DNA of 63,616 nt, the filler included, from Basidioascus undulatus (lineage: Eukaryota): assembly GCA_000826855.1 (NCBI GenBank). It is 4 parts of 4 records of this genome, joined end to end, with 100 filler letters (N's around TTAATTAATTAA, not from the genome) between each part and the next. Parts side by side here need not be neighbours in the genome. Positions count along the whole stretch, not along the records: positions 10,944 to 21,786 come from JTLS01001078.1; positions 21,887 to 32,724 come from JTLS01001079.1; 2 more parts are not named here. One strand, 5' to 3'. The position numbers and the translations under genes are program-made. This document shows, piece after piece, positions 11,886-24,507 of the stretch; the stretch's first letter is position 1; each line of letters begins with the position of its first letter. The notes under the pieces are model-generated. The model was given only the letters and a program-made list of their open reading frames with translations. It was not told the DNA's origin and did not search any database.

Positions 11886-12902
11886 TGTGTGTTGTGTGGG
11901 AGCGAAAGGAGAGTAGGCTTGAGTCGAAGAGGCGGTGATGGCAGAAAACGCAGGCTGTGGCGACACTGAATTCCTGTGGAAATCCACTTGCAAACAACAA
12001 CAAGTGATGAACGTCCCGCACAAAGTTCGCTCGCCGGGCGACACCAGCTGATCGCCCGCAACGTCCCATACCTCAATTCAATTGATTGACCCTCACCATG
12101 TTTTCCATATATGCCCTCAAGGGCTCCAGTGTACGTCATGAATGCAACGCGAAAACGCACCTTGCACGGGCTGGCGAGGCAGTTCCCTGCAACCCAGAAA
12201 TGCAGGCTCGACGGAGGCCGGGACAAGGGCAGCGAGGGGGGAACACACTTTACTGTGTTTGTCTTAAAAGTTTGAGCTTCCCAATGTACCATTCACACCT
12301 AGCCATTGAGTGTTGCAGCCGGTGTGGACCCGACGAGGGAGTGAAAATTTGTGATGAACCAGAGGCTAGGCAGGCTGTGGTGCTAGTCGCCTTCGGACTA
12401 TAGGTAGATCTTGCATCCAAAGACCGACTTTTCAGCATTCTTTTTCACTTGTTTTCAAGTTGGAGACCTTCTGAGCATCTCGACTGGGAGGGGAAATCAC
12501 TAACTACAAATAGGTATGCGGACGTCAGGCACACCCCACAAAAGCCTTCGCACCCTCGTTGTTTGTTTTTTGCTCCTGACCGCCATCGTCCCGCCAGCTG
12601 CAACAGTTCCCTCATACGCCCAACATTATTCTCCTGGAAACCATACCCTCGTCGCTGTCCGGAAATAATGATTGGAAAGAGGGGTGGCCGTGCCCGCCGT
12701 TTGTCGTCTGCTTTGTCACAGCCACTGCGGAGTTACTGTAGCACGGCCACGAGGCTAAGTTTGCCGAGTTCCGCAGCTGCCCCTTGACCGTTCGTTGTTC
12801 GCGGCGGATCTGTTTTCTTTGGGAGTCCATGAATTGCCATCTTACCATCACCATCTCCTCTGAATCTCGCATACATACCGTACCGAGCGTTTTGGCCTCC
12901 GA

Positions 12903-14894
12903 ATGAAGGCTGGCATGCTCTCGCTGACCCCTCGTACGAGGATCCACGCCCTCCCGGCGAGTCTGACGGCGTGCATCTTGCTTTTTCTCCTCGGATGGTG
13001 GACCTCGGATGAGAGGATACAGCACGGGCAAGGGTCCAGCAGAGAGTGCGTCCTCAGATTTCCCTTCACGATCGTCCTTGCAGCGGAACTGACTGTGGCG
13101 GGGATGCGGTAGTCCGGCACTACTCGGATCCTACTTCGGATCTTTCTACTCTCCGCCCTGCACACGACTCTCCTCCGACGACTCCGAATATACGATCGAG
13201 CACTGCGCGTCCTCGGCTCTCTCACACTCTTTCCGCATCGCATCCCTTCCCTGTTCCGCCCCAGCACCCTCGGACGTTTCCCCGGCACCCTTCGCGGATG
13301 CGCCGAAAGCCTACCGCCTCCTCCTTACGGGCGACGTTCGCGCAGCGGCCGAGCCTGAAGGCATCTACGACCCCAAGACGTGCACTACCACGTTCTCGTT
13401 CGACTTGCCGCTCGGCGCGCAGGACGTCTTCCTCACCGCCTACCTCACCCAAACAAACTACACCCCGTCCATCTTGCTCCAGCACGACACCCCAAAACAG
13501 CCAGAATCGCCCTTCCTTCCTCTCCTCCCTCAGTTATACCAGCTCCCCCTTCCCCCGACCAACCACCCTCGGCCTGTCGCTCCCCCGCGCGACCCCGCGC
13601 TGCTGCCCGGAGCGCACCCGCATGCGCGGCCCGCCCCGCCGTGCTCGCGCATGGAGCCTACGCCGGGATGGTTCGTCCGCGCACACGAGACCGACGTGAA
13701 CATGACCCATCAAGGGTACGAGTGGGTGCCGGACGGGTGCAGCATGCCCCCGCTGCATAACCTCCGTGGAGGCGAGGATGCAGTGCGGCGGTGGGTTGGG
13801 AAGGAAAGGAAAGTGCTCATGGCTGGAGATTCTGTAGGTTGCTTCAGAATTTTTGTGCGATGACGAGTTGCTGACAGATCGGAGGGGCTGGATCAGCATA
13901 TTCGGTACCTCTACCGGGCGTTCGAGGCGCTGCTTTCTCGCGATGAAGCATATTTCGTTCAGCCTGTAAGGCCTCTGCGCACTTTCCTTTCAACCTTCGG
14001 AGACAATTTTCTGACCCAGCTCTCCCCATTTCCTCTGAGCAGCCGCGTGACAAGTACCGCGACATTTCTCGCACGCAGTACGGTCTCAACCTCACCATCC
14101 ACTGGGACACAGTACGCCCGCTTTCATCCCCACACCCGTTCCGCTGTACTTCCCCTCAATCTGACCTTTACCGGAACTTGTACAGCACCTCAACCACCAT
14201 CGAGCTCTCCCCTGTTCCTTCATCACGGATTACGACACGTTCTTCTTCTCCGCTGTCAGTCTTTTCTCCTCCGCCGATCACCGTTCCTCGTCCTGCGCGG
14301 GACTTTTACTGACTAGCCATCTGGTCGAATTCCCACAGGGCCAGCACGGCCTGACTCGCTTACCGAGCGACTCGTACCACACGAGCTTGCAGACGCACGA
14401 GGAGTACATCACCAACGTGCGCGGGACGGCCGAGTGGGCAATGAAGTGCTTTGCGGAGGCGGAGGAGGCGGAGAGGCTGGCAGGAGGGAAGGAGCGGGGA
14501 GTCGATCGGAAGAGCAGGAAGAGGGTGGTCTTCATGACCCCGCCGGCGAAGCATCCGCTGATGATTTCTCAGAAGGGCACGTCCTCCCTTCTCGCGTCCG
14601 CTCGGCACCCATCTGACGCCCACCCTTCCTTTCGGCTATGCGACCAATATAGAGGCCTACGCTCCCCCCGACGCCGCCGACTACCGCGTGAACCACGTCC
14701 AATACGCGCGCTACACGGCCGGCGCAGAGATCGTGCGCGCCCTAGGCGGGGCGGTCGTAGACGGCTTCGCGCTCTCCGAGCCTTGGCTGGAGGAGACGAC
14801 CGACGGGTTCCACATGCTCGGGACGGACGGGATGTGGGCTGCTGTACGGGAGGCGGGGTGGAAGATGGGCTTGGGGGAGGGGAGCGTGGATTGA
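12903..14894 (+). CDS. Type II membrane SGNH/PC-esterase-like protein (CAP64/CAS3- or NXPE-like), putative polysaccharide O-acyl-modifying enzyme
   Basis: N-terminal TM (LTACILLFLLGWW) and Pro/Ser stem, then YEWVPDGC, VLMAGDS|HIRYLY across an intron, RVVFMTPPA and C-terminal VVDGFALSEPW..TDGFHM (DGxH). Stop at 14894. Confidence 0.65.
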
Positions 14895-15949
14895 TGGACT
14901 CGCGGTTAGACTTTTGGTGGGGACCTTTGACGAGAACAGTGTTTTCTTTTTCGGGTACTTGAGACATTGCACACACATTTTGCATGAGAAGTGACTTCGA
15001 CGGGCGTGCGCGGACACCTGAGATCGACGTGCGGTGGTGCATTCAATCTCATAGCTTCGAGTAATATTTCGCGAGAGGGGATGTGCAATCATATCCAAGG
15101 TAAAGAAACATATGTTTCAAGGGAAGAAATCTCAAATGCGCCGAAGTTTTGGGCTCGTTGGACAAGGCGGTGCTGCTCCAGCGTTTCAACCACGCAGGTA
15201 CAGTGATGTTTGGACGGGAAGTACTGTTACAGCTAAGAGTTTCCATTCATGTAATCCTCCCTCAAAGCTTAGATGCTTGGGCTGATCTGTAGCTTGATAA
15301 TGAGTGAGGGTCTACCAAAGCGTCTGGCTCGCAGTGAGCCAGCCGATTCACCGGCCGCGGCGTACCAGCGAACCTCAAGTACTCTACCTGTCTTCTGGTC
15401 CCGCTTGCAATATCACATCGCTTATAAAACCTTGCGCTTACACCTACTGGGACCTCTACCATAGCGTGCATGTATCAATGATGAACCAGGTTGTCGAGCG
15501 AAGGAGCAACTATGCGCCGGGCATGCAGATTCCAACACTTCACGAAGCCGGTGGACTCGGTTGACAGGCAGCCCACCAGGTTACACAAGTACTCGGTAAA
15601 GTATGTTCACCAAGTGGCAAACCATTTGCATCCTAACCCAGTACCGCTGGAAAGTCGGTTTTCGAAGCTGTGTTCCGGGATCCAGCGTACACATGGCGAT
15701 CGTTCGCCACAGACCTTCCCAGCTCTAATGCTTGAGAGTGACATTGGGACAATTCTCGGGAATTGCTCCATACAAGAGAGGAGCAGTTTCACCCGCAGCG
15801 TTCGGTAATTGGGACCGCTCCGGGCCGGCCTTCTTCACGGCTTGACCATCGACCGCCATCACCACCTCTTTCGAGTCAATAACGCTTCAATAACGCCCAT
15901 CCTCCCTGGATCCTGCAAAACTCAAACAATTTCAGCCATTCCATCGTGC

Positions 15950-17065
15950 GGGGCTGACCCCCCATCTCGTTTACCTGCCTGTCTCGCACATCCACGCCGA
16001 CTTCGTCGCTGTCTTCGATGCTCCACTCGACGAATATGGCTCCGATGAGTTCAAGGTCCACAAAGACCTTCTTCGCACTCTGTGCCTTGTCAACCGCACT
16101 TTTAGCTCTTGGGCCCAGCCTTTCCTCAGCAAGGGAGTTGTCGACATCTCCTGGGCTCTTGAAAGCTTGGATGTGCATCCCGCGATCGGCTTCTTTTTGG
16201 GGGATCATGCGTTGAAAGAGGATCCTCTGACCCACAATGCTTTAAAGTGCTATCCGCTTTGCCCCCTGGGCAACCACGACTGACATGCCCGACGCCTTCA
16301 TGATCATGGTGTTTCGAACATCCAGCTTCCGGCTCGAATGGCCTCGTCGTGGGAGCTGCTTCTGAGAGTTTCCCATTCATCGATCGCCTTCGCCTCCACA
16401 CCGGTGCCAATGAGCAGACCTTACTGCCTCTGTTTTGCAGTCTTAATCTCAGGAACTGGGACATCGACACATTTGAGTTCAGCTTCTGCGAAAAGGTACC
16501 CAACGACCTCCTGGGTTTGCCGTTTCGGAAGTGTTCCCTGTCGGCGAAGATGTTCGTCCTAGCCCATGTGGGGCTCATTACGGAGACGTGAGAGCAAGCG
16601 AACCCGCTGCAAGAACTTGTACGTCTCCAGCATTCTTCTTACAAATTATGTAGAGTTGAGCTTACTGGGTTCTCGATTTACCAGGTCACGCTGATGAGCA
16701 GACTCAATCCACTCGTTCGTGTTCTGTGTCCACCCTAGGCAGGATCCGATTCCACTCACCACTTTGTTCATCGTGAGCAGGCGCGTCTCGACATGGTCAC
16801 TCTCCCCGTTCCTGAAAGGCTCTACCAGATAGCGCAGGCCCAAGCGATCTCTCGGTACAAGTCTAGGAGGCTCGACGTCTGCGGACCCGACTGGCAACCG
16901 CAATCCGAGCAGTTTCTTCGGTCATCCGTCGCCCGACCCTATTCTATTCCCATCCTCATGATTTTGCAGGACTTTAGGGATCAAGGTTCCAAGAGAGGCT
17001 TGCAGCTGCCGAAGCGCCTTAGGTGGAGTTGGAGGTGGGAGGGTATGCGATGGGCGGCGACTTGA
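15950..17065 (+). pseudogene. Decayed F-box-like gene (copy B)
   Basis: PHLVYLPVSHIHADFVAVFDAPLDEYGSDEFKVHKDLLRTLCLVNRTFSSWAQPFLSKG, whose LCLVxRxFxxxAQxxL pattern is typical of basidiomycete F-box-like N-termini. Followed by SFPFIDRLRLHTG..WDIDTFEF. No usable ATG and several in-frame stops. Confidence 0.7.
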
Positions 17066-17696
17066 CTTGGAACGGCGAGGAGGTCGGGGAACTTACTACG
17101 GCGTGCGGTACACACAAGATCAACGTCCCGGTTGCTCGGTTGAGGCGATGAATATAGGCTCTGATGTCCAAATAGACGCGTATGACGTTCTCGAAACTTA
17201 TGTTTTTGCGGCCGCTTATCGGCCTCGTCCGTGAAACTGAAAGTCATTGGCGGGCTGTGTATGTTCTCCGGTATTTGGCGATGACACCAGCCCCTGGGCA
17301 TCAGGGTTGCGAACTTCCTGCAAGTAGTTCAGGGCATGTGAGCTTCGACGTTCGAGCGTTTCCGCAGATGCACGTCGCGTGCAGCGCTGACTGGAGGTGC
17401 CTTCTCACTCTTGGTGCTGGTGCAACCTGTACAAACTACCAATCTCGTACTAAGCAGCTCTAAACCTACGTATGCAGGACTGAAAGGTTGTTTGCCCACT
17501 GTGTCCCGCCGCAACCATGGTCCTTTGTCCTAGATCTTTCGTGACACACACGCTTGTCGTGGGGGTATCCCATCAGCAGACTGTTCGGCTCCCAGTGAAC
17601 AGACATACCATAAAGTTTGAGTCCCAAGAGGCTATTATTCACAAGAAAACGCGAAGCAAACGAGCGCGAAGTGGCATGTCACAACACCGTCGAGGT

Positions 17697-18866
17697 TTAC
17701 GACGGAGTGGAGGGGAAGGAAGCTGAGAGGTGAACGTGTCGCCCCAAATCGAGTATGTTGCCCCTGTGTGAATTCAGCGGCGCATCAGCATGCGTTCTGC
17801 GCCCGCCGACGGCAGTGGCAGTCAAATTGATCTTCTCACCTTCGGACGTCGTAACCATGGCGGCGAAGTTCTTGGTCGTCGGGTCGTAGCTCCACACGTC
17901 GGTGCGGGCAGAGGAGAAATTATCATAGTTCGATTGACGAAGAGATGTGTCGGCGGCATTGGTGATGGGGTTGGCAGCCGTGCCTGTAGTTCTTAAAGTC
18001 GCGTGAGAACGATGCCCAGGTTTAAACAGCCAGGGACGGGAGACCACACACAGTGGAGAAGCCCACGTAATAAGACTGGCGACCGTCGAAGTCCAAGACT
18101 ATGAAGGCCAGATAGTTGTAGGCGCCTGTATGTCTGTGTTTTACGGACCAGGCTTAGCGATCAGGCCTCTCTGCGTACCACGAAGCTGACGGGGAGATGG
18201 TTGGTGCTCCCACTAGGGGTCGTGAAAGCGACTTGAAGCTGGTCGTGGTCGAACGTTGGACGGTGGGAGTTGGTAGAGTCAGTAGTGGAGAAGAACAGTT
18301 CCCGTGTAACCGTCGACTCATGAGCCATCGCCCCTCAGGTCCCTCGAAACACCGTTGATGGAATAAGGATTGCACAGGTATCCCTCCATTCTTTTTGTCC
18401 GGACGTCAGGGATGCAGCTCGGCAATTGAACCGTGCAAAGGAACGACTCACACAACGGGGTCGTAGGGGCTGGCGGAGCGGCGGGCCAAACGAGGCGACC
18501 AAACGAACACAGTGACTAAGCAAGAATAACGCAGGCCCAAATAGCAGATTTGAGTCTTGCTTATAATTCTCAAAGCGCCTGTGAGGCTTCAGCGGACAAG
18601 ACCGGCAGCAGGCTATTGCGCGAAAACGGAGGTCAGACAGTCCATTGGTTAAACGGAGGGAACGTATGGGAGGCTCACCGTTCGGCGTTCGTACGATACA
18701 GAGGCCTCGAGGGAAGGACAACTGGTACAGGAGAGGGCTCTTGTGGGATAGAAACAGCCGCGTCCGTCGCATTGACGCCGACCAAGCTCAGGGCGACGTC
18801 GAGCGTGCGGGTCGGGCTGCCCAGGGCGCTGGCAGCCAAGAGGAAGAGACGGAAAAGCGCAACCAT
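17697..18866 (-). pseudogene. Secreted protein of the fungal 'TNAERLxxGLPPLxP ... W(S/T)YDPTT' type, apparently frameshifted
   Basis: Signal peptide MVALFRLFLLAASALG, then RTNAER followed by an intron. The expected L-A-A-G-L-x-P-L-K-P-H-R-R is spread over different frames. The C-terminal block TDVWSYDPTTKNFAAMVTTSEG lies at about 17840-17905. Confidence 0.55.
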
Positions 18867-19694
18867 GGGGGGTACGGACAGTGAGTGGTGGGAGTGAGAG
18901 GAAGAAGATAGAGTGAGAGTGAAAAAGAAGGGAAAATAAGCTGCAGATGAGAGTCCAGCCTGAGCATCCTCGCGACTGCACGCCATGGTCACGCTTGCGT
19001 TAAAGGGTGCGCGTTTGCAACGCGTGTGCACGAGGAGGCGAAGAACAAGCGTCGCTCGGAGTACGAATTCCTTGTATTGAAATGTCACTGATAATTCTTC
19101 ACAAACACGCCCAAACCAAACGACCGCCACCTAGCATTCAGTATTGAAGGAGCGTGTGGCACGCTTGACAGAGGACAGCTTTCGACGGACAGCTGCAAAT
19201 TTCTGCGCGGTCGAGGTTCTTCCCAAAGCAGCCTCACCGCCTTCTTTGCATGTTTACTCTTGTGATTCAGCGCACCTTCACGCCCTGCGTACTGGACGAG
19301 GAGAGGCACGGCACTAGCCCTCGCGTGGACGCGTGTGGGCCTGTGGGCTGGGGCCAGACGAGTTGCGTTGCTGCCTCCTTCCTCCTCGGTTCTGGGCCTT
19401 TGTTTTCGCGTGAATGTGTTTGCTGCTTGCGCAGATGCGCTGCCTACTTATTCACAGACCCTATGGAAGACGATGTGAGAAGACAGAGCATGAGAACAAG
19501 CAAGCGACATGAGAACAAGCAACAGAAGAAACCGGAATGAAAGTGTCTAAGCCTCTCCGTCCGACACAGTTTAAAAAGTCCTGTATCCCAGCGTCCATTC
19601 CCCGCATTGCAACAAGCGCCCACATCATTCCACACCCATCGTCTCTATGTATGCATCCGCATCTGTGTCCGTACCACTTCACTCCTCGCACCCC

Positions 19695-21786
19695 TCAGTA
19701 CACTGCCCCGCCCATTACGGACAATCAGCCGACTGCAAAAGAGAGCGGAGGAAGGGAAGAAGAAGGGAAGACGCACCGTAGGGGATGATCTTCCAGGGGA
19801 CGATCTTGCAGTACGCGTCCCAATCCTTCCCGTACCTGTTGATTTCACCGCATCAGTACCGTGCCCATTCCCCCGGTAAAAAAAGCAGGGCGGGGGAAGG
19901 GCGAGAACGCACTTGATCCGGCATTGCTCGTCGTCCCTGTGCTGCCGGTGCACGAGGAGCACCGCAAAGTACACGGGGTAGAAATACGTGATGGGCGTGG
20001 AGAAGCCCGTGGGGAGGCACCACGCGACGGCCATGATCAAGTCGCCTGTGCACCCACCCGCCTGCGTCAGTCTATGGTTCTGAACAAAATGAAAGGGAGA
20101 AGGAAAAGCGGAATGGGGGATGGGGAAATGGGGGATTGGGCATGGGAGATGGGGGAAGGGCAAGACGAACCGAAGTAGTTAGGGTGGCGCGAGCGGCCCC
20201 ACCACCCGCTGGTGAGGAGCTTGGTCCCGCGCTGGGTCTGCATGAACGTGAGGTCTGCGTCCCTTTCTCCCGCTCAGTTTTCCCATTTGATCTAGAGGAA
20301 AGACAGAGCAGGGCGGGGATGAAGAGGAAGGGAGACGGACGCTTCGGGTTCTTGCCGTTCCTAAAGTCATTCTTCTCCTTGTTCGCGACGCGGAAGATGC
20401 AGTACCCGGCAAGCTGGAGGGCGACGACGGCGGCGGTGCCGAGGACACCGAGCTGGACGGGCGCGAAGGCGAGGAAGCGCGCTTGGAGGGAGTAGGTGAA
20501 GGGCACCCAGGCGAGGTCGCCGATAGCTGTTTCGGTTCCGCGAGGAGGCCCGGGTGTGAGAAGACGGACGGGGAGGAAAGGGAAGGGAGAGAGACGCACC
20601 GAGCATGAACCCGAACCCGTCCGTGGTGATGTCCATGGTGGTGAAGATCGAGGTCTGTTTCCATCTCGTCAGCCAGGAGAGAAGAGAGAAGGGGAGAGGT
20701 ATGGGGGACAGGGAGGGGGGACAGGCGCACCTCGTTGTACAGCGCATCAAAGACGTACCACGTGTGAAAGAGGACGACGAGGACCATCGAGTCCGTGAGC
20801 GCGCCGTGGAGGACGTACTGCTTGCACGCCATCGAGAGGTCGATCAGGAACCAGAGGATCAGGCCGGGGCGGAGCTCGTCTGCCACATCACCCCAGCGTC
20901 AGAATCAGAGTCAGAAGGAGATTCAGAAGGAGGGGAAAGCGAGGAGGGAGGTAAAAGGAGAGATGAGGGAGGAGGACGGACGGGAGAAGACGCACTGAAG
21001 GACTTGATGTCAAACGAGCCGATGGAGGGGTTCAGTTCGCGGCCGATGAAGAACTGGTTCCCCCAACCTCTATCAACATTCTCTCCTTCCTTCTAAAGCA
21101 AACGTGCGCGCGCGACGAACATCGTAGATAAAGTTCCCGCTGTTCCCTCCAAGCGCAAGGAGCTTGCCCTGCTCGAAGCTGCGCGCGTAGACGTACGCGG
21201 CCTGGGCGACGGCCATGGCGACCGAGGCGGAGACGAGGCCGACCCAGTGGTCGTAGATGAACGTGAAGCCCTCCGGGCCGGCGCGGAGGATCTGCCCGAC
21301 TGCGAAGCCGGTGGCCATGAGGAGGGTGGGGAATGCTGGTGGTGCGCCCTCCTAATCCGTCAGCTACAGGTGTGAGAGCGAGAGAGGAACGGAGGGAGAG
21401 AAGGAGGGAGAAGACGGACCATTGATCTTGTACTCCTTCCTCCTTCCATCGCGCATCGCCGTCCCCTTCACCCACTCGCCGGGAATCCCTGCCCACGCAG
21501 CGACACAAAAAGCGTACCAAGCGACATACGCCGCGACGGCCTTCCCATCCCACAAGCTCGCCCAGAAATCAGGGCTGGAGACCGCCTCAGAGATGCGCGC
21601 CGGGATGGACCCGAGCGCGGGCGGGCACCCAGAGGAGGGGTTGCACCCGAAGTAGAGGAGGTAGGTCACTAGCGGCGTGATGAGTGTTACGCCGAGCGCG
21701 CCTAGGGGGCCGGCGAACTCGAACGAGGTCGTCCGCGGGTTGAGAGTAGTTTGAGGAGGAGGTTGGGCGGGGGCGGCGGCGGGGGC
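19695..21786 (-). CDS. ERG24: Delta(14)-sterol reductase (ERG4/ERG24 family), 5' end in gap
   Basis: LNPRTTSFEFAGPLGALG, LLALGGNSGNFIYD, FFIGRELNP, ELRPGLILW, TTMDITTDGFGFML, GDLAWVPFTYSLQARFL, LLTSGWWGRSRHPNY, LLVHRQHRDDEQC..KYGKDWDAYCKIVPWKIIPY|VY*. Confidence 0.93.
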
Positions 21787-21886
21787 NNNNNNNNNNNNNN
21801 NNNNNNNNNNNNNNNNNNNNNNNNNNNNNNTTAATTAATTAANNNNNNNNNNNNNNNNNNNNNNNNNNNNNNNNNNNNNNNNNNNN
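21787..21886. other. Assembly gap / artificial contig spacer
   Basis: 44 N + TTAATTAATTAA + 44 N. Confidence 0.98.
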
Positions 21887-21968
21887 GCGACGGCGCGGTC
21901 CGCGGGTGCGGGTGCGTCGAGTGCGAGTGCGGCGGCCCAGCGGCGAGCGGCGGGGGCGGGCCGGACAT
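21887..21968 (-). CDS. Possible gene start (Pro/His-rich N-terminus) running into the gap; either the ERG24 5' end or a different gene
   Basis: ATG at 21968 gives MSGPPPPLAAGPPHSHSTHPHPRTAPS, with a pyrimidine-rich leader upstream. Confidence 0.35.
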
Positions 21969-23569
21969 GCTGCTGCTGCTGCTACTCTAGATATCGCGTC
22001 GGGGGACGGTGACGGCGACGACGGATGCCGCAACGACGTGGAAGATGTCGCTGATGGTGAGCGTGAGCGTGAGCGGGTGAAAGCGAAAGTGCGCGAGCTG
22101 GGTCGACAAGTAAAGGCAAGGGGCGACTTGATTCGGACTCGGGCCAAGCGAGAGCAGCGACGCGAGGCAGCAAGGAACCGCGTGCTCGCGGCCCAACGTG
22201 CACTATCGACTACGTACAGTTTTTCGGCCTCTCCCGGCGGCAGCACCCGGCCGACACACGGGCAACCGTGCATAAGACTACGTATTAGCACATTGAATCC
22301 AGGAACATCGCCAAACTATGCACGCCAGTCCATCGTTCTTCCCCTCGTTCCTCCTCGTTCCTCCTCCTTTTTACCCACTCCATAGGTAGGTTCTCTCTGC
22401 CATAGACACTGTTTGTAAAGTAGCGACTCGCGCCCCAATTCGTGCCTCAAACGCGACCCAAACCGCAGCAGTGACGCGCTCCTCGGTCCGGCCCCCCGGA
22501 AATCCGTTCCACTCTCGCGCTCACGGCATGCGTGCACAGCCGCCACCGATGCGCGAGTGCAGACGTCGTCCGAACTTCGTGACGCTCCGTCTTACAAGCG
22601 TGTCTGCAGCCGACTCGCTGAGGCCGTGCTCATGAACACCAGCAGCGATTGTGAGCGGAAGAACAAGGTTCCTCCGTGATCGCAAGGCGGGTGCTGGCCC
22701 GAAGGCGGAGATGCGCATGGTCCTGCGCAGCAGCACCTTTCATTTCCGCATCCGCAAGCGCGGAAAGGCAGGTACATGGAGCAAGGGAGATGCAGGCGAC
22801 GCGTACGCGTCGCACGATGAGGCTTGAGAGCGCGTCGATTCGCTGGGACTCATGACTCTTCTGTTGTCGACTCGGGAGGCGAGTGCCGGGAGAAGGGGTG
22901 CGAGCAGGCAGTGCAGTTGGCAGTTGAGTGCGGTGCACATTGGCTGTGCCAACTGACAGAAGACCAACTGGCGTGCAGAAAAACCGTTGACAACTGCAGT
23001 TTCAGGCGACGTCGTCGTCGCCAGCCTGAGTGTTACTTTGGGGAATCTGTTGGGAATCATTCAACTCTCACACTCTCCGGTAAGTAGAGTCACTGGTACA
23101 GCTTTCTAGACAGAGCGCATCTCGGGGGGCTTGTCCAAACTGTTCAAGAGGCTTGAACAACTGTGTGGGTTGCTCGATAACTGGTAACTCCTTTTGTCCG
23201 TTCTTTGGCCGAGAACAGCGGTGAGAAGATCATATGTTGAAAGGTGCCTTCAGAGTTCAGTATGTATATTGATGCTGAGAGGGATGTATTCGGCTCAAGA
23301 TGCTACACTCTGGTGTGCTTCAGGCTGTCGAGACCAGGCATGAACACGTTTTGGGAGATTTCTAATGCAAACGGTGGATCTCTAATAAAAACGCATCGGC
23401 GATGCGCAACGTTTCAGATGCGCTTGATCATCAGCTTGACGCCTTTCTTCCCAAGGAGCGCGGATACGCGCTGCCGCCAAAGCTCCAGCCCGGCCCACAC
23501 ATTGGTATCCTCCAGCTCCAAGCATACTGCGTAAAGGCTAGGGACGTACCTGGGTTTCGAGACTCCTCT

Positions 23570-24507
23570 CGATCTAGGCTGCAAAACTAGCCGATAAGGG
23601 GAACAAGACAAAGATCGTGCAGATGCATTGATGCTGAAGCGAGCTCATGAACGCGATTGGAGCTTCGGCCTGGTTACGAACTCGAAGAAGTTCCAGCGCC
23701 GGGCAGTACAAGAGATATGCAGACCTCAGACAGTTTCTGACAAGCGATAGCACTCTGGACGAAGACCCAAGGTTCATGAGGATGCTGTCGAGGCGGCCAT
23801 GACTTGTCTTCTGGACCAAGTGGAGATTCTGAAGGCGCGGAAGGAGAGCGGACTCGAGAACCGTAGATGTTGGCAAGGAAGGCCTCGCCATGAGCCAGCC
23901 AGTCGAGAGATTCCAGACACGGGAGGTTGCGGCGCACTTAGGTAACCCTCGAGGAATGCACAGCTTCTGCCCATCTTCAGTGACTTGAAACTGTAGAGCT
24001 GATTGAGAATTGAGATGATTAGGGACAAGGGATTTGCGAGATGGACCCTTCTCAGCGATGTCAGTGAGCGACGCGCATTGCCCGGGCGAGGGGAGCACCA
24101 TGTGAGGTGAACAGCAAGTCGGTGGCAGACGCACGCCCCAACAAGCCGCCGATTTCGGTAAGGCACGAAAGGCAGCCGAGGGTGAGACGAAGCGTGTCTA
24201 CTCAGCCGAAAGTAGAGGGTGGAAGTCCTAGCGAGCAAATGAGAGTCTCCAGCGGCTGTCCGTTGAGGATATAGGCCGGAGTGAGTTTCTCGAGGAGCCG
24301 GAGACCGGTGCGCTCCGAGTCGAGCGAGATCATGCGGTAAAGAAGGGAATGGTCTGAGTAATAACCATGATCAGCGTACTTCTTGTTGATGAGCATGTTC
24401 AGCCTTTTAACGCACCTCCCACGCCTCGCATACAGGCCGCCCTCGGTAGTGAGCTCAAGAACACACAACAGCAACTCCGCGGGGATGTCGTGGATGGTGG
24501 TAGGCAT
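23570..24507 (-). pseudogene. Decayed F-box/LRR-like gene
   Basis: F-box-like start MPTTIHDIPAELLLCVLE and later LRR-like pieces (LPRLQNLHL, CPALELLRV) in other frames, with stops between them. Confidence 0.6.

Noticed and set aside
15250..15940. Possible additional LRR-like remnant upstream of F-box copy B
   Set aside because: Only vague fragments (FPAL.., LHGLTID) are present, which is insufficient to call.
23141..23159. Short inverted repeat tgttcaag-agg-cttgaaca
   Set aside because: An 8-bp stem is within chance expectation, with no flanking target-site duplication or element body.
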